This document shows positions 1 to 8,986 of a stretch of 38,915 bases of DNA, in pieces; within the stretch, counting starts at the first letter, position 1; each line of letters begins with the position of its first letter. The stretch lies in IMG/VR virus record IMGVR_UViG_3300045988_153185. The stretch is one strand, 5' to 3'. Source of the stretch: a virus. The position numbers and the translations under genes are program-made. The notes beneath the pieces were generated by a model, which did no database searches, was not told the origin of the DNA, and saw nothing but the letters and a program-made list of their open reading frames with translations.

Positions 1-73
1 CCTTGTATCCGTAATCTCTGCTTGAGTAACAGTCTCCATCAGCTTGTTTACTGCCACATATGCCAAAAAAAAC
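1..73. repeat. Terminal overlap copy 1, identical to 38843-38915
   Basis: Direct reading: CCTTGTATCCGTAATCTCTG...CATATGCCAAAAAAAAC occurs at both ends, inside one continuous reading frame. Confidence 0.9.
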
Positions 74-450
74 TCTGTTATGGTACTGGTCCTCTCCATA
101 ACTGGTGCTGATGGTGTCTGTGCTTCAACTCCCTTCTTAATGGACACAGTGATCTCTCTTGCCTCCATGTCCTTCCTTAATACAACCGCATCTATTCGGT
201 TTAAGGTCGTGCTGGACTGTTCGATGGCCAAAGTCTCTGGTGCTGTCACCTCTGCGTATTTGCCTCCTATGTAAGCCCGGCCCTTGCTCACGATCACATT
301 CATGCCTTCCCCTGAAATGACCTGCATACTGTCTTGGTAATGGTTTACTACCCCATCACTGATTAATCCCTGATAATAACTGCTCATGTCATCAGCGTTA
401 TATTTCCGATCGCCGCCGACACTATTAAAGAATCCATATTCTAAACTCAT
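1..450 (-). CDS. Tail fibre / receptor-binding-type protein, N-terminal 150 codons. The gene continues across the circular junction into 38842-38408 (294 aa total).
   Basis: The ATG at 450 overlaps the TGA of the upstream gene (ATGA). The minus frame is open from 450 to 1 (MSLEYGFFNSVGGDRKYNADDMSSYYQGLISDGVV...). It reads in frame into ..FFLAYVAVNKLMETVTQ of track ORF 38408-38908. Last gene of the tail module. Confidence 0.8.
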   Translation of the reverse strand, partial: MSLEYGFFNSVGGDRKYNADDMSSYYQGLISDGVVNHYQDSMQVISGEGMNVIVSKGRAYIGGKYAEVTAPETLAIEQSSTTLNRIDAVVLRKDMEAREITVSIKKGVEAQTPSAPVMERTSTITEFFLAYVAVNKLMETVTQAEITDTR

Positions 451-1508
451 TCCCTAACCTCCCATGTATCAAAGGTCGGAACGATCTTGTAACCGCTCTC
501 GTCCTCATTTTCTAATATCTCAATCACCCTGGTGTCCGCCCCGATGCCGTATTCATTTTCTACACTGACGATATCCCCAAGGAAATAGTCTTTGTCCACC
601 TGATAGGTGGAATTGTTCTCTACCTCTCCGCTGATACCTTCCATGATCTTATACGTCCCCAGCTGTTCTTTCCCATATTCTATGAGCATCTTCTCATAAG
701 TCTGAGCCGTAATAATCTCCCCGTTACTGCTGACTCCGCTCCCATCAATCCTTGCCTCATATCTAAGAAGGCCAGAAGTTTCTCCGATGCTGACTCTCTT
801 CTGGCTCGTTCCTTCACCTTCTCCGACCACAATGGCCGCGTTCCGATACTCATCTCGGTTATAGGTATATTCGCTGGAAATCAGATTATCAAACTCCGGG
901 CTAAAGACCACATAGTTGTTCACGTTCTGCCCATAACTCCGGTCCTCCCCACGGTATAAAGAGAACAGAAACTGATTTTCTGGCGTCAACGTGACTTTAT
1001 AACCGATCTTGTAAGTCTTACAGATAGCTGTAATCGTCTCTAAAAGATTCTCCCCATTAGATTGAAGATCAAAATCTTTTATGGTCTCTGTAAATCCTAC
1101 CTTTTCATCTAAAAGAAAGTTTTCAATCTTTCTTTTTGGGTCCGCCGGGGAAATGACATTATCCGTAATCAGCTGGCGTATACATTCCTCTGCATTTCCG
1201 CTGATGGTTGTCTGGTTCCAGGCAATCCGCCGGGACAGAATGGATTCTAAGAATCTTCCAGTGATCGTATAATAGTTTCCTTCCTCGGCGCTGGTGGTAA
1301 TGGTCTTGTTCTCGATAATCCCCACCATCTCATGGTCCAAACGGTAGATATAATGATTCTCTTTTAAGAGGCTTACCGTTTCTTTGTCTGCCCGGAGATA
1401 GATTTCAAAGTCTCCGCAGTCAAAAAACCTCTGGTTCCAAATGACAGAGCTGGCACTGTCGATGATCCCGATAGTTTCAAATGACTGGTTCATCACATAC
1501 AGATCCAT
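447..1508 (-). CDS. Siphovirus Gp37-like tail protein (distal tail/tip component)
   Basis: MDLYVMNQSFETIGIIDSASSVIWNQRFFDCGDFEIY matches the recalled N-terminal signature of Sipho_Gp37-type proteins. A GAGGGGG RBS precedes the ATG at 1508. The gene follows Dit. Confidence 0.7.
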   Translation of the reverse strand: MDLYVMNQSFETIGIIDSASSVIWNQRFFDCGDFEIYLRADKETVSLLKENHYIYRLDHEMVGIIENKTITTSAEEGNYYTITGRFLESILSRRIAWNQTTISGNAEECIRQLITDNVISPADPKRKIENFLLDEKVGFTETIKDFDLQSNGENLLETITAICKTYKIGYKVTLTPENQFLFSLYRGEDRSYGQNVNNYVVFSPEFDNLISSEYTYNRDEYRNAAIVVGEGEGTSQKRVSIGETSGLLRYEARIDGSGVSSNGEIITAQTYEKMLIEYGKEQLGTYKIMEGISGEVENNSTYQVDKDYFLGDIVSVENEYGIGADTRVIEILENEDESGYKIVPTFDTWEVRE

Positions 1509-1509
1509 G

Positions 1510-2355
1510 TTACACCCCCTCGTATTCATTCCGGTGTTTGAACCGGATGTTAAGGTTCTCTATTCCCTGGTCTGCATCCAATGTATAGTAGTTCTCTCCC
1601 TGGGACAACTGAAACCATTCTGGATTCCGGTCCAGATACTTGATAAAATTGATTTTTTCTGCATTACTCATCAAGTAGACAGATTTCTTCATGTTCACCG
1701 TTGTGACCACGATGCTCTCCCCTTCATTCATGGTCTTTTGAAGTCCAATCTTTCCATGAGTTTTGACCGAATAAATCCTCGGATTTACGACTTCTCCTCT
1801 GGCCACAAACTCCACAGTCATACCATTGGCTACATCTCCTTCATTGAGCATTGTAATAAAATCCAAAGCTTTGATCTCTCCTAAAGGGATTCCTTCTTCT
1901 TCAATAGAAAAAGGAAACTCAAAGAGAGACTCTGTGACACTGGATTCAATTACATCCTCCCCCATACCTTGAAAGTATGGGGTTGGACATAGGATGCTGA
2001 TCTGGGCCGACTGCGGATTCTCATGGTGATTCAGCTCAAAATTCTCTACCCGTCCGTCAATGAATACATCCCTGGCATCATTCTTTACATACAGACGTAT
2101 TGGTTGCTTGACAGTAAATATTCGATACAGACTAATCCTTGAGGCCTCTACGTCATTCACAATCTTGATGGTTAAGACAATGTTTCGATTCTCTACACGT
2201 GAGCTGTTAAAGATGCTCCCATCAGATAATCCCACGGTGGACGTGTTGATAGTCGCATTGGGTGGATTTAGACCTGTAACAGTTGTCCGATAGACGTGAT
2301 TCCCGGTCAGGTCAAGACGGTCACCGTTCTGGTTTTCTGCAATTAATTGGAGCAT
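1510..2355 (-). CDS. Distal tail protein (Dit, phage tail family)
   Basis: 281 aa, immediately downstream of the tape measure. Typical size and position. The N-terminus MLQLIAENQNGDRLDLTG is like siphovirus tail-family proteins. Confidence 0.7.
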   Translation of the reverse strand: MLQLIAENQNGDRLDLTGNHVYRTTVTGLNPPNATINTSTVGLSDGSIFNSSRVENRNIVLTIKIVNDVEASRISLYRIFTVKQPIRLYVKNDARDVFIDGRVENFELNHHENPQSAQISILCPTPYFQGMGEDVIESSVTESLFEFPFSIEEEGIPLGEIKALDFITMLNEGDVANGMTVEFVARGEVVNPRIYSVKTHGKIGLQKTMNEGESIVVTTVNMKKSVYLMSNAEKINFIKYLDRNPEWFQLSQGENYYTLDADQGIENLNIRFKHRNEYEGV

Positions 2356-2358
2356 CTT

Positions 2359-5300
2359 CTACACCCCCTTACTGAAAGACAAGGCATTTTTGGTCTGACG
2401 ATAGATTTCCAAACGACTTAGTGCTTTCGGACTCGTATTGTACTGGTTGAACACCTGATTTACATTTTGATTCGTAGTTTTATTCCCTCCATAACTGATC
2501 CTTCCGCTGGCCTTTGCTATTGCATCCATAGGAACGCTGGCCGCAAGAGACCGCCTGAGAGAATCCATCTGTTCTTTGAATCCTTCTCCATATCCTTCGG
2601 CACTAAAACCTCCAAGTTCGGCAAAAACTTTGGATGGGCTGTGGATTTTGAGACTGCTTTTAAAAGAACTGATGATGCTGTTGGCTACGTCTTGTACCGC
2701 TTTACTTAAATAGCTGGTGTCTGATTTCAGACCATCCACAAAGCCGCTCATACATTGTTTGCCTAACGCTTCTAATTGGCTTCCAAGGCCTTTAAATGCA
2801 TTGTTGATGGCCGCTCCATACTCTTTGGACACTTTATCAAAGTCACTCTGGTATAAATTCTTTGACATCTGTTCGGAGACGTTCATTTTTTCTGTATAGG
2901 CATCGTTGTAGGCTTTAAGTTCTGCGTCGCTCATGGAAAGGAGCTGGTCCATAAAGGCTTTCCCCTGATCTACGTCATAGGTCGCTATCTGATTGAACAG
3001 ATCTTCGGACACCTTGCCTTTGATTGTGTTTAATCGGTCCATATATGCTTTGATATCCTCTGTCTGCTGTTTAATATCATTCACAGACATAACCCCTGCC
3101 CCTGAAACAGTAAACAGCTCTCCAAAACCCTGGAGCTTTGACACCATGGTATTTTGCAAATTGGTCAGGTTATCCCAGCGTGCTTGATAAGTCTCTGTAA
3201 TGCCGTTGATCGTGTCGGACACCATTTTTTCCGCTTCACTGCCGAACTTACTCATTGCATCATTGAACTCTGATAAAGACTTTTCTGTTGCTTTCTGATA
3301 GGCGTCCTGCTTGCTCTTTACTGCTTTGATCGCATCATTATAATATTTTTCAATATCTTTGATCCCCGGTGCGTACTTATTATTCAGCGACTCGACCATC
3401 TTCTTTTTACTTTTCTTAGACGCATTTTTGTATTTCTTTGAGTTCTTTAACTTTTTGAGTGCCTTATCTCGCTTCTTCTTTGCCGCGTTCACATCATTCT
3501 TTTTATCTTTTTCCAGCTTGGTGATCTTGGAATCAAATTTATTTAGTTCTTGCTCGTACTGGTAAGAAACCTTATCCTGGCAAAACTTTAATTTCTCCTG
3601 GATTGTATTGGAAAAGGACTCTGCCGCCGCATTTCCTGCATCAGTAAATTTCCCATTGGCTACCTGCTTGGCCGTAGACGCAACATTTCCAATCACCGAC
3701 TTCATTAAGCTGGCCAATGATATCTCAGCACCCGTCATACTCTTCGTAAGGCCGGATAAGACAGAATTAGCCACTGTAGAAGGAGCTTTCTTTAAAGCTT
3801 TCTGCTCTTTGGTACTTAAAATACCTTTGACAAATCCCTGGGTAAAATACTTTCCGCTCTTCTTTGTCTTCTTAGAGGCGGAATGTTCATCTAATTCCGT
3901 GTTAAGACTTTCCAAGGATTCGACAGCGACATTTTTTGCCGCCTTAACGGCTTCTTTCGCTAAATAATTTATTCCATTTACAAATCCCTGAGTAAAAAAC
4001 TCTCCAGACTGTCTAGTAAGTTTAGAAGGAGATCCCTCCTTTTGAGCTTCTTTTAATGCATCAAGAGCGGTTTTACCTATGCTGGCGGCCTTTCTTGCCA
4101 CTCCACCTAACAAACTACCCATTCCATTGATAAATCCCTGAGTAAAGTACTCACCAGACGATGTTGTGTCTACACTTTCAAATCCATTTTTTCCTTCTTT
4201 TGCGGCACTCTTAGCAGATGTTTTCACTTCACCTGACTTTTTATTTATCTGGTTAATAGCTTCATTTAGGAATACATCCCCAGACTTATTCTTTTTTGCT
4301 TCTGTTTCACCGGCTTTGTTGGCTTTCTTTTGGAGCTTCTTTAACGCTTCTTGTGGCTTCTTCTCTCCTTTTGCTATTTGCACTGCTAATTTATCTGGAA
4401 TGGCTTTCCCTTCTATTCCTGCCTCTTTTGCAAGCTTACCGAATTTAATCAACCTTTCCATTTGCGTTTTCGCTTCCGCCGGCTTCATCTTTCCACTAGC
4501 AATTCCAGAAGAAATATTAGACGGAATTTTAATACCTAGTAATTTTGCCTGCGCTGGAAGACCCGAATCATTGAATTTAATAAGATTTTCCATCGCCTTG
4601 ACTGACTTAGGAACTTGAAATTGTCCTGCTTTAATTCCATCACTAATAGCCTTTGGTATTTCAACACCCTTTTTCTTACACTTTTCAGTAATAGCGGACA
4701 AATCCTGTTCAATCTTCGCTGTGTTTATCTTTTGCTGTGCATAGTCTCCGGTCTTGTCATACTCATTGTTTAGTTTCTTCAATTCCTTCTGGTTCTTTTT
4801 TACCTGCTCATTAGTCTTATCATAAGCGGCCTTCTTTTCTCCCTCTTTAGTAAGAAGACGCTGGTAATTAGACCACTCTTTTGTATACATCTGCCCGCCG
4901 GTCTTCATCCACTTTTCTTTCGCGGCTTCGGTTTTTTCTTGGGATTTTGTATAAGCATCTTGATTCTTTGTGTTCTGCTTAATCAGTTCTCCCTGTTGCG
5001 TCTCTATGTTCGCGATATCTTCGGCGATCTTCGCCTGATTTTTCTGCGCCGCTTTCGCAAGGAGCAAATCTTTCTGGGCTTTTATATTTTCCCGGATGGC
5101 TTCGGTGCTTTTATTTAACTTATCTTTTTCTGCATCATATGCAAGTCCAAGATCAGGAACTACCTCATTTAACTGATCAACGATATTTTTAATCTGCTCT
5201 TTTTGAGAAGTGGATTTTTCTTCAATCTCCATCAGCTCTTGCAGTTTTTTAAATAAAAAGTCAGCTTCTTTGCCTTCCACCTTTGCACTGTTAGTATTCT

Positions 5301-7185
5301 CTTCTCTAACTTTTTTTGAGTCTTTAAGAGTATCATTCAAGGCTTTCTGACTTTCAATTAGTTTTTCAGTCGCTACATAGTTTTTATCCTGTGCTTTTGT
5401 TGCCTTATTGGTTGCTATTGCAAATGCCGCAACTCCCGCTGTTGCTCCAATCAACATCGTCAACCATCCAACGGGAGTTGTAGCAAGAATAACACCCAAA
5501 CCTTTTATACATAACATAAGATTCTGAAATGCTGTAGTTAATTCTATTATATTCATAGCTATTTTAAATACTGCAAACCCTGTTCCAATTGCGGCTAAGC
5601 TAGCGACTATAGCAGGAGTATTAGCCTGAAACCACTGCCCAAATTTCACCAAGGCCGGAACTACTGCCGAAACAATTGGCTCTAATACATCTACTTTTAA
5701 ACTGCGTCCAATCATTTCCAACTGCGACTTGGCGTTGTCATAGCGGACTTTGTCTAAGTCTTTTAAAGTCGTTGCGGATTTATTCGCTGTACCATTCACA
5801 TTCGTAAGGGCTTTTACCCCTTTTATTCCAAGATCCTCCCACATAGTGCTGAATAAATCCACGCCTGCCTGGTTCTGTTTCACCTTGTCATCCATAGACA
5901 TCAGCTTTTTAAGAACTTGCTTCGTTGCATCTGCGGCAGACTTCCCGCCTTTGGCAAATTTCTTCCGCATCAGGTCGGCGTCCAATCCCAATAGCTGGTA
6001 AGCCTCTGTTGTTGTATTTGCCGTGTCCTTTACACGGATTCCAAACTCTTTGTACGCGTCTCCCAATTTATCCACAGAAAATGTTCCTGCCTTTGTACCA
6101 TTTTCCAAGCTATTAAAAAATCCTTCTGCACTTACTCCCATTTGTTTATAATGCACGCCATACTCGTTTATGCTATCTAAGAGATCTCCATTCTTATTAA
6201 GGCCTTTTTGCGCCCCCTGTGCAATCAGATTAAAAGCTTGCTCACCAGTAATACCGAATTGCTGAGTAAGCATGTTAACCGCACGCATAGATTCCTGGAT
6301 ATCAAAGCCGAACGTATCTCTAAGGGCAATCGCATTTTGTGTAAGATCTTTTATCTTGCTTGGATCAGTTTCGTTTGTCTGCTGTTTTACTTCTGCCATA
6401 GCATCGGCAACATCCGCAATAGAATCACCATAATTTCCTTTATACAAATCCAAGATTTCTTTTCGGAACTGCCCCATTGCCTGTGCAGATGTTCCGGTAG
6501 AGGCTTGAAATTTGTCCAGTGCATCTTCTCCTTCTAAAGCAAATTCTTTTAGTCCGTCAATGACGGCCGAAATCCCTTCACTTAAAACTTTAGAAAATGC
6601 TCCTAATACAACCGTCAGCCCTGCTCCCAAGTCACTCGTAGACTTTTTCGCTTTCTTATTAGCTTTATCAACACCACCTAGCCCTGATTTTAATTTGGCA
6701 AGGACGTTATCATAGTTTCCAATTTCTCTTTGTGTTTTGCTGACAGTGGCCTGCTGATTTAACATTGTCACCCGCATCCGGTCTGCCGCTTTTTCATTGG
6801 CCAACTGCTCCTTCTCTACCCCATTCAGAGCCGTTTTTAATTCCTGGGCCTTCTTGCTATTCTCTCCAAACTGCCGGACTTCCTCCTGGTATTTGGCCTT
6901 TAACTCCTCTGCCCGTTTTCCGTTCTCCTGCTGAGCCTGCTCAAGCTGTTGCAACTGTTTTTGATAGTTGGCAAGCTTGCTCTTTTGGGCTCCCAGAACA
7001 CTGTTTAACTGTGAAAGCTTTGCTTCCACTCCTTCCGTAGTCTTTTGCCAGTCTTCCATCCCAGCCGATGCCGCTTTAAATTGGGCATTGGCCAGCTTGA
7101 TGGACTGATTTGCTTCACTGATCCCTTTTTTCAGATCAGAGATATCTACTTTAAATTTTGTTGTGATTGGTTCATTCTGTGCCAT
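2359..7185 (-). CDS. Tape measure protein (1608 aa)
   Basis: Very long coiled-coil, Lys/Ala/Glu-rich ORF with a central hydrophobic TM cluster. It has three G(E/K)(Y/F)FTQGF(I/V)xG motifs. It follows the G/GT chaperones. Confidence 0.95.
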   Translation of the reverse strand: MAQNEPITTKFKVDISDLKKGISEANQSIKLANAQFKAASAGMEDWQKTTEGVEAKLSQLNSVLGAQKSKLANYQKQLQQLEQAQQENGKRAEELKAKYQEEVRQFGENSKKAQELKTALNGVEKEQLANEKAADRMRVTMLNQQATVSKTQREIGNYDNVLAKLKSGLGGVDKANKKAKKSTSDLGAGLTVVLGAFSKVLSEGISAVIDGLKEFALEGEDALDKFQASTGTSAQAMGQFRKEILDLYKGNYGDSIADVADAMAEVKQQTNETDPSKIKDLTQNAIALRDTFGFDIQESMRAVNMLTQQFGITGEQAFNLIAQGAQKGLNKNGDLLDSINEYGVHYKQMGVSAEGFFNSLENGTKAGTFSVDKLGDAYKEFGIRVKDTANTTTEAYQLLGLDADLMRKKFAKGGKSAADATKQVLKKLMSMDDKVKQNQAGVDLFSTMWEDLGIKGVKALTNVNGTANKSATTLKDLDKVRYDNAKSQLEMIGRSLKVDVLEPIVSAVVPALVKFGQWFQANTPAIVASLAAIGTGFAVFKIAMNIIELTTAFQNLMLCIKGLGVILATTPVGWLTMLIGATAGVAAFAIATNKATKAQDKNYVATEKLIESQKALNDTLKDSKKVREENTNSAKVEGKEADFLFKKLQELMEIEEKSTSQKEQIKNIVDQLNEVVPDLGLAYDAEKDKLNKSTEAIRENIKAQKDLLLAKAAQKNQAKIAEDIANIETQQGELIKQNTKNQDAYTKSQEKTEAAKEKWMKTGGQMYTKEWSNYQRLLTKEGEKKAAYDKTNEQVKKNQKELKKLNNEYDKTGDYAQQKINTAKIEQDLSAITEKCKKKGVEIPKAISDGIKAGQFQVPKSVKAMENLIKFNDSGLPAQAKLLGIKIPSNISSGIASGKMKPAEAKTQMERLIKFGKLAKEAGIEGKAIPDKLAVQIAKGEKKPQEALKKLQKKANKAGETEAKKNKSGDVFLNEAINQINKKSGEVKTSAKSAAKEGKNGFESVDTTSSGEYFTQGFINGMGSLLGGVARKAASIGKTALDALKEAQKEGSPSKLTRQSGEFFTQGFVNGINYLAKEAVKAAKNVAVESLESLNTELDEHSASKKTKKSGKYFTQGFVKGILSTKEQKALKKAPSTVANSVLSGLTKSMTGAEISLASLMKSVIGNVASTAKQVANGKFTDAGNAAAESFSNTIQEKLKFCQDKVSYQYEQELNKFDSKITKLEKDKKNDVNAAKKKRDKALKKLKNSKKYKNASKKSKKKMVESLNNKYAPGIKDIEKYYNDAIKAVKSKQDAYQKATEKSLSEFNDAMSKFGSEAEKMVSDTINGITETYQARWDNLTNLQNTMVSKLQGFGELFTVSGAGVMSVNDIKQQTEDIKAYMDRLNTIKGKVSEDLFNQIATYDVDQGKAFMDQLLSMSDAELKAYNDAYTEKMNVSEQMSKNLYQSDFDKVSKEYGAAINNAFKGLGSQLEALGKQCMSGFVDGLKSDTSYLSKAVQDVANSIISSFKSSLKIHSPSKVFAELGGFSAEGYGEGFKEQMDSLRRSLAASVPMDAIAKASGRISYGGNKTTNQNVNQVFNQYNTSPKALSRLEIYRQTKNALSFSKGV

Positions 7186-7200
7186 ATCCTCATCCTTTCT

Positions 7201-7754
7201 TTACCACCAGCCTTCATTGTCCGATGCATAGACTCTCTTTACCTTCTCTGGTTCTTCTTCGTACTCGTTCATCTCATCGTCCACCTTCTTCGTGTCGATA
7301 TACAGCGTGAACACATCCTCCGCCGGCGCATCGTCGACCATGAAAGGCGTAAAGGCCGGATACTGCTTACATAGATAATAGTTGATATTAAAAAACAGCA
7401 TAGTTAAGGACGGCGGTTCCCCGCCGCCCTCCTCTAGTTTTTTTCTTTCGGAAGGCTGTTCACCTTATCCACCACAAACTGGAGGAGTTCTTTGAACAGT
7501 GGGACAAAGTCCATGATATCCACCTGGTCCAGTTCGTCATCTGTAAGATCTGGAAAGATGCTCTTTACCAGGTCCTCAAACGGTTCAATGCACTGGAGCA
7601 CCATTCCTGCAATCCCAATCTCATCTCCTCCCTGGATCTTGTCCAGGTCGATGATCTTTACAAACCGGCGGATAATCTTATAAGGGATTCTTACCTCTTC
7701 TGTCTCATAGGCTTTGATAACGGTTCCTTTTTCATCTCTGATATTTAACTTCAT
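7201..7754 (-). CDS. Tail assembly chaperone G-T fusion made by -1 programmed frameshift
   Basis: After a -1 slip at A_AAA_AAC (7443-7437) the frame reads LEEGGGEPPSLT. It then enters track ORF 7201-7401 (MLFFNINYY...) in frame. Confidence 0.75.
7408..7443 (-). promoter_or_regulatory. -1 frameshift signal: heptamer A_AAA_AAC, 7-nt spacer, 9-bp GC hairpin with GGAA loop
   Basis: Minus strand reads GAAAAAAAC TAGAGGA GGGCGGCGG GGAA CCGCCGTCC, read directly. Confidence 0.75.
7434..7754 (-). CDS. Tail assembly chaperone (gpG analogue)
   Basis: 106-aa acidic ORF between the major tail protein and the TMP. It ends in the slippery A_AAA_AAC. Confidence 0.8.
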   Translation of the reverse strand: MKLNIRDEKGTVIKAYETEEVRIPYKIIRRFVKIIDLDKIQGGDEIGIAGMVLQCIEPFEDLVKSIFPDLTDDELDQVDIMDFVPLFKELLQFVVDKVNSLPKEKN

Positions 7755-7767
7755 CCTCTGATCCTTT

Positions 7768-8633
7768 CTATGTAGTCTTTGTATAGGTCACTTCCAACAC
7801 AGCACTGTCTGCCATTTTTTCTTTCACGGCAAAAGCTTTAATGGTCGTCGTCGCTGTAATCGCGATCGGCGCTGTATACTCTGTGCTGGCGGTCGTTGGG
7901 TTACTTCCATCTGTCGTGTAATAAATCTGCGCTCCTGCCGTCTGACAGTTTAACGTAACATCGACGCTGTCCCCGGTAAAATTCTTCTCATCCGGGGATG
8001 CCGTCGGTGTCGCTACAGGAGCTAGGCTTTTTTTGTCAGTGTATCAATCGTAGTTACCTGGTCAAAGAATGTAGAGAAATCTACTTTATCCATTCTCTCA
8101 TCTACCACCAGTGCCTTTGCAGTCCTTCCTGTCTTCGTAAATTTGTGAGTTGTATTGATTCCAGTAAAGGTTAATTCCACATCATTAGAATCTGTGGAAT
8201 CATCTTCTGTTGCTGAGGTCTCTTCTGGGATCGCAAAGGTTCCTTTATAGCGCCATACATAACGTCTCTTTCCATCTGTACCCTTTGTGATGTATCCAAT
8301 AGCAAAATAGTCATTGTCTCTCTCGCCTTCGACCATGGCCCCTGTGGTCTCGTCATAATACTGACCAGTGATTTCCGCATAAACATCTAAAGATGGCGGT
8401 GCTACTCTCAGTGTTACTTCGTCACTTCCTGTGGAATTAGTTACGATCATCGGCTGGTTATCATAATAATCTGTTGCACTGTCTGATTCTGTAGATTTTC
8501 CGATTTCTCCGACGGGAGATAACGGTTTCACAGGGCCAGTCACATATCCTCCGCCCTCTGCCTCATTGTTATCTGTCGTGACTTTTGCATAAACCAGTCC
8601 TTCTACACCACGAAATTTAAAAACTTCACTCAT
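7768..8633 (-). CDS. Major tail protein long form: -1 frameshift adds an 86-aa Ig/FN3-like (chitobiase C-terminal type) domain
   Basis: The A7 run 8034-8028 ends 3 nt before the TAG stop codon. The -1 frame is open for 86 codons: [86 protein letters not shown], stop at 7770-7768. Confidence 0.7.
8022..8633 (-). CDS. Major tail protein (short form, 203 aa)
   Basis: [22 protein letters not shown]... phi13-like major tail signature (recalled). Position upstream of G/GT. Confidence 0.85.
   Translation of the reverse strand: MSEVFKFRGVEGLVYAKVTTDNNEAEGGGYVTGPVKPLSPVGEIGKSTESDSATDYYDNQPMIVTNSTGSDEVTLRVAPPSLDVYAEITGQYYDETTGAMVEGERDNDYFAIGYITKGTDGKRRYVWRYKGTFAIPEETSATEDDSTDSNDVELTFTGINTTHKFTKTGRTAKALVVDERMDKVDFSTFFDQVTTIDTLTKKA
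8028..8034 (-). promoter_or_regulatory. Slippery A7 run (A_AAA_AAA) at the end of the major tail protein gene
   Basis: Minus strand reads CTG ACA AAA AAA GCC TAG. Confidence 0.65.
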
Positions 8634-8986
8634 TTTTGTTCCTCCTTATAATTTTCAATAAAATATATCGTCATTACTTTCCCCGTATGTGATGGTTCAT
8701 CACAGCTTAGGTCAAACGGGGCGTGACCTAGGATAAATCCCTGTTCCTTTAGTTTCTTTCTTGCCTGCCTTGGTACTGTCTCTGTCAAAGCTGGGTCCGT
8801 AGAATAAAAATAGACCCAATATCCAAGATCGCACGAAACCGCATCATTGTCATAATGGTTCTCATCCCCTTGGAACTGCCAGAAGGTAAAGAACGAGGCT
8901 GGGTAATCCTCTCCTTCTGTCAGAGATCCTTGCAGATAAACATCATATCCAAGGCCTTCTAATGTCTCTATTAGCTTCTCTCTCAA
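8630..8986 (-). CDS. Tail terminator / tail-completion-type protein
   Basis: 118 aa, 4-nt overlaps with both neighbours. Last head-tail joining gene before the major tail protein. Confidence 0.55.
   Translation of the reverse strand: MREKLIETLEGLGYDVYLQGSLTEGEDYPASFFTFWQFQGDENHYDNDAVSCDLGYWVYFYSTDPALTETVPRQARKKLKEQGFILGHAPFDLSCDEPSHTGKVMTIYFIENYKEEQK

Noticed and set aside
1-73. The terminal repeat as a biological direct terminal repeat or cos end
   Set aside because: It lies in the middle of an uninterrupted tail-fibre reading frame, and the phage has an HNH/terminase arrangement typical of cos phages. Assembly overlap is the simpler explanation.
3840-4160. Three roughly 50-aa-spaced G(E/K)(Y/F)FTQGF(I/V)xG repeats in the tape measure protein
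   Set aside because: Internal periodic repeats are a normal feature of tape measure proteins. They are noted in the feature evidence but not treated as unusual.
2467-7374. Many plus-strand ORFs of 60-150 aa (for example 3608-3967, 4166-4618, 6208-6537, 7045-7374) opposite the tape measure gene
   Set aside because: They are shadow ORFs antisense to a long, compositionally biased coding region. They have no ribosome-binding sites and low-complexity Phe/Ser/Leu-rich translations.
8171-8386. A 71-aa ORF nested in another frame of the major tail protein gene
   Set aside because: It lies wholly inside a strongly supported CDS on the same strand, with no RBS.
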